A DNA stretch of 64,000 nucleotides from an uncultured delta proteobacterium (GTDB taxonomy: Bacteria; Myxococcota_A; Polyangia; Polyangiales; B10-G4), in NCBI GenBank assembly GCA_963727445.1, contig CAVSGI010000004.1:64001-128000 (forward strand), in the 5' to 3' direction. How positions within the stretch are numbered: position 1 is the first letter of the stretch; every line of letters begins with the position of its first letter. Both the position numbers and the translations under genes were made by a program. Positions 19,912-29,266 of this stretch are shown here, piece after piece. The notes beneath the pieces were generated by a model. It saw nothing but the letters and a program-made list of their open reading frames with translations. It was not told the origin of the DNA and made no database searches.

Positions 19912-21886
19912 ATGACCGAACGCGACCGCCCCTGGATCATGCGCACCTACGCCGGCCACTCTTCGGCCGCGGCGTCGAACGCGCTCTATCGAACGAACCT
20001 CGACAAGGGGCAGACGGGGCTCAGCGTCGCCTTCGACCTTCCCACGCAGACCGGTTACGACCCGGACCATGCGCTCGCGCGCGGTGAGGTCGGCAAGGTC
20101 GGCGTCCCGGTCGCGCATCTCGGCCACGTGCGCACGCTCATGGGCGGCATCCCGCTCGACCGGATGAACACGTCGATGACCATCAACGCGACGGCGCCCT
20201 GGCTCTTCGCGCTCTACCTCGCCCACGCGCAGGAGCGCGGCATCGCCGAGGAGGGGCTCGCCGGCACCACCCAGAACGACATTCTCAAGGAGTACCTCTC
20301 GCGCGGCACCTACATCTTCCCGCCGGCGGCCTCGATGCGGCTCACCACGGACCTCGTCACCTACGCCGTGAAGATGGTGCCCAAGTGGAACCCCATCAAC
20401 ATCTGCAGCTACCACCTGCAGGAGGCGGGGGCGACGCCAGGGCAGGAGCTCGCCTACAGCCTCGCCAACGCCATCGCCGTTCTCGACGCGGTGAAAGCGA
20501 CGGGGCAGGTGGGAGACACCGACTTCGCGCGCGTCGTCGGTCGCATCAGCTTCTTCGTCAACGCGGGCATTCGCTTCGTCGACGAGCTCTGCAAGATGCG
20601 CGCGTTCGTCGCGCTCTGGGATCGCATCACCCGCGAGCGCTACGGCGTCACCGATCCGAAGCTCCGGCGCTTCCGCTACGGCGTGCAGGTCAATTCCCTC
20701 GGGCTCACCGAGCAGCAGCCCGAGAACAACATCCTGCGCATCGTCCTCGAGATGCTCGCCGTCACCCTCTCGAAGGACGCGCGCGCGCGTGCGGTGCAGC
20801 TCCCCGCATGGAACGAGGCCCTCGGGCTGCCGCGCCCCTGGGACCAGCAGTGGAGCCTGCGGGCCCAGCAGATCCTCGCCTACGAGTCCGACCTCCTCGA
20901 GCACGGCGACCTCTTCGAAGGAAGTATCGTCGTCACCGAGCGCACCGCCGGGCTCATCGAGGAGGCGGACGCGGAGATCGAGGAGGTTCTCTCGCGCGGA
21001 GGCGCGGTCGCCGCCATCGAGAGCGGCTACGTCAAGCAGCGCCTCGTCGAGTCGAACGCGGCGCGCCTCGCCGCCATCGAAGCCGGTGAGCAGAAGGTGG
21101 TCGGCGTGAACTGCTACGTCGAGTCCGAGCCCTCGCCGCTGACCGAGAGCCTCGACGACGCGATCCTGGTCGTCGACCCGGAGGTCGAGGCGCGCCTGGT
21201 CGACGAGGTGACGCGCTGGCGCGAGAACCGGGACGCGGCCGCGGCGCGCAAGGCCCTCGGCGCGCTCGCCCGCGCCGCTTCCGAAGGTGACAACATCATG
21301 CCTGCCTCCATCGCCGCCGCGCACGCCGGTGTGACGACGGGTGAGTGGGGCCAGATGCTCCGCGAGGTCTTCGGCGAGTACCGCGCGCCCACCGGCGTGT
21401 CCGGCGCGCGAATCACGGGGGGCGACGACGTGAAGGTGCGCGCCCTGCGCGCTGAGGTGGACAGCCTCGCCGAGTCGCTGGGCCGGCGTCCGCGGATCCT
21501 CGTCGGCAAGCCGGGCCTCGACGGGCACAGCAACGGCGCCGAGCAGATCGCCATCAAGGCGCGAGACGCCGGCTTCGATGTCGTCTACGAGGGCATCCGC
21601 GTGACCCCGGAGCAGCTGGTCTCCTCCGCGCTCGAAGAGGGCGTGCACCTCATCGGGCTGAGCATCCTGAGCGGCTCCCACCTCTCGCTGGTCCCCGCGA
21701 TCGTCGAGCAGCTCCGGGCCGCGGGTCTTTCGAACGTGCCGGTGGTGGTCGGCGGCATCATCCCCGACGAGGACCGCGAGAAGCTCGAGGCGGCCGGCGT
21801 CGCGGCGGTCTTCACGCCCAAGGACTTCGAGCTCGAATCGGATCATGGAGTCCCTCGTCGCTCTCGTCCGTGACGCGAGCGCCTGA
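19912..21886 (+). CDS. ecm: Ethylmalonyl-CoA mutase (B12-dependent), frameshifted at ~21837
   Basis: RPWIMRTYAGHS, NICSYHLQEAGA, YGVQVNSLGLTEQQPENN, GKPGLDGHSNGAEQIA; GAATC->GATC restores KDFELDRIMESLVALVRDASA* with stop at 21886. Confidence 0.92.
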
Positions 21887-22871
21887 ATGGCGAGCGAGGA
21901 TCTCAGCGAGCGGCGTGCTCCGCGGCGACAAGAGCGCCGTCGCCAAGGCGCTCAACCTGGTGGAGGATCGGCGCCCCGGCGCGCGCGCGACGGTGGCGTC
22001 GCTCCTCGACCGCCTCGCAGAGGCGAGCGACGCCGCCAAGGGCCGCCGCATCGGCATCACCGGCCCGCCGGGCGTCGGTAAGAGCACCCTCGCCGCCGCA
22101 CTCGCACGCGAGCTCCGCACCCGCGACCAGCGCGTCGGCGTCGTCGCCGTCAATCCCTCGAGCATCAAGAGCGGCGGCGCGCTCCTCGGCGATCGCGCGC
22201 GCATGAGCTTCGATCCGAAGGACGACGGTCTCTTCGTCCGGTCCCTCGCCACCGGCGGGGAAGCCGGCGGCCTCAGCTGGGCGGCCAACGCCGCGGTGCG
22301 CGTGCTCGGCGCCGCCTACGACGTGGTGCTCATCGAGACCACCGGCGTCGGCCAGACCGAAACCGACGTCGTCGATGTGGCGGACACCGTGGCCCTCGTC
22401 GTGCAGCCAGCGTCCGGTGATGCGCTGCAGTTCCTGAAGGCGGGCATCATGGAGATCCCGGACGTGCTGGTGGTGAACAAGGCCGACCTCGGTGAGGTCG
22501 CCCGGCGCGCCGCCGCCGATCTGGCCGCGGCGCTCCTGGCCCTCGGCGCCGCGGGCGCCGGAGACGCGAAGATCTCCGTCGTCGAAACGAGCGCCACCGC
22601 CGGCACCGGCATCGGCGCGCTCGCCGACGCCCTCGAGGCGCACCACAGGCGGCTCGGCGAAGAAGGTCGCTCCGAGCGTCGCCGCCGCGGAGACGCGGCC
22701 TGGGCGCGCGCCCGCTTCGTCCGCCGCTTCGGGGAGCTGGGCGTCGAGACCGCCGGCGGAAGAGGGAAGCTCGAGGACCGCATCGCGGCCCTCTTGAGCG
22801 GCGGCAAGGGGCCTGTCCGCGCGGCGGAGGCGCTGGGCGAAGAGGTTCTTTCGAAGCTTCGGCAGGGCTGA
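21887..22871 (+). CDS. meaB: MeaB/ArgK GTPase chaperone of B12 mutases, frameshifted near 21912
   Basis: IGITGPPGVGKSTL, PSS..SGGALLGDRARM, IETTGVGQTE, LKAGIMEIPDVLVVNKAD; ATG directly follows the corrected ecm stop. Confidence 0.88.
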
Positions 22872-22993
22872 CACGGGGAGGGGGGATCGGGGATTACGCC
22901 CGTGACCGGCGGAGCTTTACAGCTTCACAGATGACGCGGTGCGTAATCGCTGAGGTACGCACCTTGGTGTCGTGTTACAAGGGATAGATTCAC

Positions 22994-23030
22994 TTGACGC
23001 CCAGATTACACGGTGCTTTACAAGTAAAGC
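22994..23030 (+). promoter_or_regulatory. Putative promoter/operator of RamB-type regulator
   Basis: AT-rich island with TTGACG (-35-like, 22994), inverted repeat GCTTTAC-AA-GTAAAGC (23015-23030) and a further GCTTTACA at 22914. Confidence 0.5.
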
Positions 23031-23051
23031 CTCTGTAAACCTGGTGGTGCG

Positions 23052-24626
23052 ATGAACGGTAAAACCAAGGGACCACACGCGAAGATGGGGCAGAAGCTCC
23101 GCGAGCTCCGCCTCGAGCGGGGGCTCATGCAAGGGGAGGTCGCCCGCCGCCTCGCGATCTCGCCCGCGTACCTGAGCCTGATCGAAAAGGGGAAGCGTCA
23201 GGTCCAGCTCCCGCTCCTCTTCAAGGCCCTCGAGGTCTACGGCGTCCCGATGGAGACGTTCATGGCGAGCCTCGGCGAGCACCGCGTCGACGACGGCCTC
23301 GCCAAGCTCCTCGACGAGCCGCTGCTCCGCTCGCTGAACCTGAGCGAAGAGGACGTGGCGAGCCTGAGCGCCGAGCCGAAGATCGTCACCACCATCACCG
23401 CGCTCTTCAACCTGTACCGCTCGACCCGCAATCAGCTCGACAACGTGCTGACCAGTCTGGCGGAGCGGGAGAAGCGCACGCGAGAAGGGAGCGAGCCTCC
23501 CGCGATGGCGGGAAGCGAGGGCGGCGGTGAGGGCCTACGCTTCGAGCTCAGCCCCTTCGACGAGGTCACCGACTTCCTGCAGAAGAACGACAACTGGTTC
23601 GGCGGCCTCGAGCAGCGCGCCGACGCCTTGCGCGCCGAGTGCGGGGTCGACCGCTGTGCGACCAGCGCCGATCTCGGGGAGATGCTCGAGAAGAATTTCG
23701 GCATCCAAGTCCGGGTCGTGCCGGGCGGCGCCGAGAGCTCGGTGGTGCGCCGCTGGGATCCCAAATCACGGCAGCTGACGCTCTCCCGCGAGCTCGGCGA
23801 GCAGCGGCTGCGTTTTCAGCTGGCCCATACCGTGGGCCTCCGCATCCTGGACGAGGAACGCCAGCACGAGGGGCTCATCGCCCGCTACCCGGCGCGCCTC
23901 GCCGAAACCGAGAAGCTCATCAAGATCCACCTCGCGAATTACTTCGCGGGCGCGCTGATGCTCCCCTATCAGGACTTCTATGATGAGGCGCAGCGCACCC
24001 GCTACGACGTCGAGCGGCTGACGACCATCTTCGACTCGAGCTACGAGACGGTCGCCCATCGCCTCTGCAATCTGAGCGATCCCGATCGCCGGGGGCTCCC
24101 CTTCTATTTTCTGCGCCTCGACGTCGCGGGCAACATCTCCAAGCGCTACTCGGCGGTCGACCTGAAGTTTCCGCACACCAGCGGTAGCTGCCCCAAGAGC
24201 GCCGTCCACCTCGCCTTCCTCACGCCGAACGTGCTCGTGCGCCGCTACGAAACCCATCCCGACGGCACCAGCTACTTCGTCTTCGCCAAGGTCGTCACCG
24301 AGCCCAAGCAGGGCTCCATCGAGCGCGGCACCGCCTACAGCATCGGCCTCGGCACCTACGCCGATCACGCAGCCGAGCTGGCCTACGCCGACGACATGCC
24401 CTTCGCCGATCCGAAGAAGATGGCCATCCCGGTGGGCCTGACCTGCCGCTTCTGCGCGCGCACAGACTGCAATCAGCGCGCGGCGCCCAGTTACAAGTTC
24501 GCCTTCACCGTCGACGAGTACACCAAGAAGGACAACTTCTTCTCGCCCCACGTCTCCGGCGACGAGGCGGCCGAGGTCGCGGTGGCGGCACGCCGGGGCA
24601 AGAGGCGCCCGAGCTCGCGCGAGTGA
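23052..24626 (+). CDS. Short-chain acyl-CoA regulator (RamB/PrpR/ScfR family, XRE HTH)
   Basis: ISPAYLSLIEKGKR HTH; RFQLAH, LANYFAGALMLPY, SYETVAHRL, RLDVAGNISKRYS, GSCP and CRFCARTDCNQRA Cys motifs. Confidence 0.9.
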   Translation: MNGKTKGPHAKMGQKLRELRLERGLMQGEVARRLAISPAYLSLIEKGKRQVQLPLLFKALEVYGVPMETFMASLGEHRVDDGLAKLLDEPLLRSLNLSEEDVASLSAEPKIVTTITALFNLYRSTRNQLDNVLTSLAEREKRTREGSEPPAMAGSEGGGEGLRFELSPFDEVTDFLQKNDNWFGGLEQRADALRAECGVDRCATSADLGEMLEKNFGIQVRVVPGGAESSVVRRWDPKSRQLTLSRELGEQRLRFQLAHTVGLRILDEERQHEGLIARYPARLAETEKLIKIHLANYFAGALMLPYQDFYDEAQRTRYDVERLTTIFDSSYETVAHRLCNLSDPDRRGLPFYFLRLDVAGNISKRYSAVDLKFPHTSGSCPKSAVHLAFLTPNVLVRRYETHPDGTSYFVFAKVVTEPKQGSIERGTAYSIGLGTYADHAAELAYADDMPFADPKKMAIPVGLTCRFCARTDCNQRAAPSYKFAFTVDEYTKKDNFFSPHVSGDEAAEVAVAARRGKRRPSSRE

Positions 24627-24676
24627 CCACCACCGCCGATCCTCGCGTCCTCGTCGCCGAGGTCGCCATCGACCCC

Positions 24677-25772
24677 TCACTCAGCGCTCACCACCTCTGC
24701 GTCCGCGATGTGGATCGCCTGGGCGCCGTCCCGCGTGATCCACGCGGCCCGGCAACTTCGGCTCAACAGCCGTTGCCTGATCGTCTCTGCCACTTCTGCG
24801 CGTTGCGCTGGGGTCAACGTCGTCCAGCGCGCTGGGGAGACGGTCCCGATGAAGGTCGTCGTGCTCGCGCCTCGGGACAAGCCCCCGGTGTCGAGGAGGG
24901 GGGAGAGCCCAGCGAGCTCTCGACTGGAGAGCGCGGTCAGCTCGTTGACGTCTCGCGCGTTGAGCACGTATCCCGACGCACCGAGGCCGGCCAGGACGAA
25001 GCCGCCGAGCACCTTGAAAGCGTCGCGGCGTGTCGAGCTTCCGGACGGTTCTCGTCCGGGCGGTGTTCTTCCGGTACTTCTCCAGGTAGCGACGGGTCTC
25101 CTCGAGATGCGCGCGGGTCCTGAGGCTGATGCGCTGTACGAAGGCCGCGCGAACCTCCTCCTTGTTCTTGTCGAACATGTCGTGGAGGCTGTGCGGCGAG
25201 CGGTGCTCGGCTCTGCGCATGCGCTCGACGCAGTTGTGCATCGCCGTGTTGAACCAGACCGCGGCGTAGAGCACTTCGGGGTCCATGAGTTGTTCGCGCA
25301 AAGCCACCTTGTAGCCCCGAACGTCCAGATAGAAGCCGCCTTCGAACACGTCGTCGAGGCGCTGAAGCGTCGAGAGCCGCTTCACGGCGTCGCGGAAGAA
25401 CTCCACCGCAGCGGCCCGCTCGTGATCCTCCATCGTCGGGCGCTCCGTGAGCACGCGGTCCAGGATGGGAGCCGCCTCCGGCCATGGGGCCAGCTCGAGC
25501 TGGCCGTCTTCGGTCTCTTTTGTCAGAAGCCGCGAGACGAGGAACTCGAAGCGGTCTCGCTGATCATCGTGGAGCCGCGGAGCGGCGCCGAGCAAACGAG
25601 CGTACGCCAGAAGGACTTCCGGCTCGTGTGGTGCGTGGTCGAACCAGGCCTGGAACGAGGCCATCGGTATCGACGCATCCATCGCCAGAAGCGTCTCTTC
25701 ACCGTGTTCGTCGAGCTCGAGCCGTGGTGGAGCGGCACCGAGATCCGTCATCACGGAGAGCACGACCCCCAT
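24677..25772 (-). CDS. Hypothetical membrane-anchored protein, frameshifted near 25018
   Basis: Helical region RDRFEFLVSRLL...LDVRGYKVALREQLMDPEVL continues into TM segment VLGGFVLAGLGASGYVL after removing one T; start uncertain. Confidence 0.6.
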
Positions 25773-25965
25773 GGCATGGGTGCGATCGCCAGCCGGGCGA
25801 ACGCTGGTGGTCTCGGACACACCGCGTACATCGGCCAGTTCCGGCAACTCTTGAGCCCCATTTTCACGCCGCGGTCGGCATCGGCTCAGTGCGACGTCAG
25901 CCGCAGGTAGCAGCCGTCGAAAGTGGGGAGCTCGACTGCGCGTTGATGTATCTTCGTCGTTCGTA

Positions 25966-28062
25966 GTGTTGAGGCTCCTTTCGGTCGTGGCGTTCTGGTG
26001 TGCGGTGCCCTCCCTGATGGCGTGCGGTCAGGCCGCATCCTCCGACGCCGGGCCGCCTGACGCGGGAGCTGACGCAGGATCCACGGCGGCGCCGCCCGAT
26101 CTCCCCTGGCTCGACGATGGCGTGCCTCCCCTCGAGTTGACGCCTTGCCCGAGCGGCTGGCGTGAGGTCACCGAAGGCGATCTCACCACCTGCGATCCCT
26201 ATCCGGAGGGTGGCCCCGCGACGTGTGACCGTGGCGAAGCGCACTTCCCGGGCGAGCCGGGCTGTCGACCCATCGGCGACCCGTGTCCCTCCGGTGAATT
26301 CGCGACCACGCTTCCCACGGACGTCCCCATCGTCTACGTCGATGACGGCGCGGCACCCGGTGGAGACGGATTGATCGGGGCCCCCTACGCTGCGCTCGCT
26401 GAGGTTGGATGGGTCTCGCTCGCACCTGGAACGGTCGTCGCGCTCGGCAAGGGCTCCTACGCGGGCGTGCTCGCGCTCAAGCCCGGCACCGTGGTCATGG
26501 GTGCATGCGTCGCCGAGACGACGCTCACCGGCACGACGGCGCCGGCAGTGGCGGTCGTCTCGATGACGGGCCGCGGCGACCCGGCCACCGTGCGCAACCT
26601 GTCGATCGCCTCGCCACCCCAAGAGGCCGTGCACCTGCAGAATGGGTACGCGCTCTCCCTCGCCGGTGTGCTCATCGACCGCTCGCCGGGGTACGGCGCC
26701 AGCGTTCTCGACTCGGATAGCTCGCTCGAGCTGAGCGATACGGTCATTCGGGACACTCAGGAGACCAGCGCCGGCGCGGGGGCGGCCCTCTATGTCGAGG
26801 GGGGCGGGCACATCACCGCGTCACGCGCGATTCTCGCCGGCAACCAGACGATCGCGGTGATGCTCCAGGATCCGGGAAGCGAGGTCACTCTCTCGGACAG
26901 CGTGGTCCGCGAGACGCGCTCCGCCTCCGACGGCACTTACGGACGCGCGATCCAGGTCACCTTGGGCGCCCACCTCGACGCATCGCGATTCCTCGCCACC
27001 GAAAACCGCGACGTCGCCGTCCAGTTGGGAGATGAGGGCACGACCGTCACGCTCTCGGACGCCATCCTGCGCGACACCCAACCGATGGCCGACGGGACGA
27101 TGGGGCGCGGGCTCGAGGTCACGAGCGGCGGCCAACTCGAGGCGACACACCTGGTGCTGGCGGGCAATCGAGACGTCAGCGTGCTCGTCTCGGGCTCGGG
27201 CGCCGTGGCGACCATTGCGGACGCCGTCATCGCCGACACGCAGGAGCGGGAAGTGAACGGCAAGTTCGGGCACGGGCTCGACGTCCAGGAGGGCGCGAGG
27301 CTCGAAGCGACTCGGGTCGTCGTGCAGAACAGCCGCGACCTCGGCGTCTTCGGCACGGACCCCGAGACCACCATGGTCCTCACCGACATGCTCGTCCGCG
27401 ACACGCATCCCAAGGTGATGGACGATGACTATGGGTGGGGCATCGCTCTGGAGCTGGGCGCGAGCCTCGAGGGGCATCGTTTGGTGATCGAGAGGAGCCA
27501 CGACGCCGCCATCGTCGCCAAGGATGAGGGGACCGAGCTCTCGCTCTTCGACTCCGTCGTGCGAAGCACGGCACCACGCGCCTTCGATCTCGCCTTCGGC
27601 ACCGGCGTGGACACGTCGTATGGTGCACATCTGACCGCGCAGCGGATCGTCATCGACGAGGCTGTCAGCATCGGCCTCTCGGTCTACAACGGCGCGACGG
27701 CCGAGGTGAGCGACGCCGTCATCTCGCGCGTGGCCAACTCGATGTGTGAGTGTCCGGAGTCGGTCGCCGGCCACGGCGTCGCGGTCATCGACGCGACCGT
27801 GAGCATGACCGACTTCGCGATTGAGAGCCCCGAGACCTGCGGCTTCTTTGTCGCCTCCTTCGCCGGGGCCCCAGGGGCGGCTCCGACCTCCCTCGACGCG
27901 CGATCCGGTGTGGTCCGAGGCGCCGCGATCGGCGCGTGCATTCAGATCGACGGCTACGATCTCTCCCGAATCATGGACGGCGTGTCCTACCTGGACAACG
28001 GGACCAACCTGGACATCACGTCTCTGCCGGTGCCAACGTCTCCCCACATGATCGTGGATTGA
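25966..28062 (+). CDS. Lipoprotein with parallel beta-helix repeats
   Basis: Lipobox LMAC; Cys-rich CPSGW...CRPIGDPCP; YVDDGAAPGGDG..APY; ~52-aa repeats LSDxVxRDT...GxGxxV..GAxLxA. Confidence 0.8.
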   Translation: MLRLLSVVAFWCAVPSLMACGQAASSDAGPPDAGADAGSTAAPPDLPWLDDGVPPLELTPCPSGWREVTEGDLTTCDPYPEGGPATCDRGEAHFPGEPGCRPIGDPCPSGEFATTLPTDVPIVYVDDGAAPGGDGLIGAPYAALAEVGWVSLAPGTVVALGKGSYAGVLALKPGTVVMGACVAETTLTGTTAPAVAVVSMTGRGDPATVRNLSIASPPQEAVHLQNGYALSLAGVLIDRSPGYGASVLDSDSSLELSDTVIRDTQETSAGAGAALYVEGGGHITASRAILAGNQTIAVMLQDPGSEVTLSDSVVRETRSASDGTYGRAIQVTLGAHLDASRFLATENRDVAVQLGDEGTTVTLSDAILRDTQPMADGTMGRGLEVTSGGQLEATHLVLAGNRDVSVLVSGSGAVATIADAVIADTQEREVNGKFGHGLDVQEGARLEATRVVVQNSRDLGVFGTDPETTMVLTDMLVRDTHPKVMDDDYGWGIALELGASLEGHRLVIERSHDAAIVAKDEGTELSLFDSVVRSTAPRAFDLAFGTGVDTSYGAHLTAQRIVIDEAVSIGLSVYNGATAEVSDAVISRVANSMCECPESVAGHGVAVIDATVSMTDFAIESPETCGFFVASFAGAPGAAPTSLDARSGVVRGAAIGACIQIDGYDLSRIMDGVSYLDNGTNLDITSLPVPTSPHMIVD

Positions 28063-28226
28063 GCTCGAGGCGAACGCCGTCGACCCGCGCGGTCTGGCCC
28101 TTGCGCGCTCGTCCCCCGCGCATACTTGATAGACCATCGGTAGCGCGAGGCTTTCACCTGCATCACCAGACAGCGTCCCATGGTTTCGCGAAGTCGGTCG
28201 CAAGAGCAGCGCTTGCGTGAAGCATC

Positions 28227-29135
28227 ATGGAGACGACTCGAGGACCCCGCAGAGTCATTCTGCTCACCGGCGCTAGCACGGGCGTTGGCTTGGCCTTGTC
28301 CCGCGAGCTCTCCAAGGATGAGAGGGTTCACCTCGTCCTGACCGCACGGGCGAGCTCGCTCTCCCGTTTCGGCGAGTTGGGGATTGCGGAGACCTCACGA
28401 CTCTGGTTGCGCGCGCTCGATGTCACGAGTGATTCCGACCGACGCGCGGTGGTGCAGGAGATCGAAGAAGAGCTCGGCGGGGTGGACGTCCTCGTCAACA
28501 ACGCGGGCATCACGTATCGAACCGTGGCGGAGTATGCGACGCCGTTGGAGCTCTCCCACCAGATGGCGGTGAACTACGAAGGTCCCATGGCCCTCGCGGC
28601 GTTGGTTCTCGGCGGCATGCGCGCGCGTCAGTACGGCCGGATCATCCAGATCTCCTCAGCGAGCGGGTTGGTGGCCATGCCCACGATGGGGCTCTACGCA
28701 GCATCCAAGTTCGCGCTCGAAGCCGCGACCGAAGCCATGTACTACGAGGTCCGCCCGTTCGGCATTCAGGTGTCTCTCGTCCTGCCCGGCTTCATTCACT
28801 CCCCGTCGTACCTTCAGTCCATCGTCGGTGATCTCAGTCGCCACGCGACTCAGGACCCCGATGATCCGTATCACCCGCACTTCCGGAACATGGATCAGTT
28901 CATCGACAAGATGATGAGCTGGACGCGCGCGACCCCCGAGTCCGTGGCGCGCCGGGTCGTGCGGACCATGAACCGCACGCGCGCGCCGCTGAGGGTGCTC
29001 GCCACGTGGGATGCCCGCCTCCTGTGGTGGTTCCGTCGCTTCGTTCCACACCAGTTCAACATATGGCTCACCTACCGGATGCTCCCAGGTCAACGGAGTT
29101 GGAAGGGGCCGAGGGGCTTCTGGCATTCCGAATGA
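28227..29135 (+). CDS. SDR family oxidoreductase
   Basis: LLTGASTGVG, DVLVNNAG, ISS, YAASK. Confidence 0.92.
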   Translation: METTRGPRRVILLTGASTGVGLALSRELSKDERVHLVLTARASSLSRFGELGIAETSRLWLRALDVTSDSDRRAVVQEIEEELGGVDVLVNNAGITYRTVAEYATPLELSHQMAVNYEGPMALAALVLGGMRARQYGRIIQISSASGLVAMPTMGLYAASKFALEAATEAMYYEVRPFGIQVSLVLPGFIHSPSYLQSIVGDLSRHATQDPDDPYHPHFRNMDQFIDKMMSWTRATPESVARRVVRTMNRTRAPLRVLATWDARLLWWFRRFVPHQFNIWLTYRMLPGQRSWKGPRGFWHSE

Positions 29136-29266
29136 GCTGGACTCTCGGGCACCTGACAGGAGGTTGCCCCCCCCATCGAGGGGAGGGTGTGTCGAAAGTC
29201 ATCGGTTGCGCGTGCGAACGGCCCATATGAGGCGTACGCTCAGAGGCGTCGCTCGAAAGGGGGGAT

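Noticed and set aside
19912..21886. Methylmalonyl-CoA mutase call
   Set aside because: YAGHS and QVNSLGLTE motifs plus the divergent ccr indicate ethylmalonyl-CoA mutase
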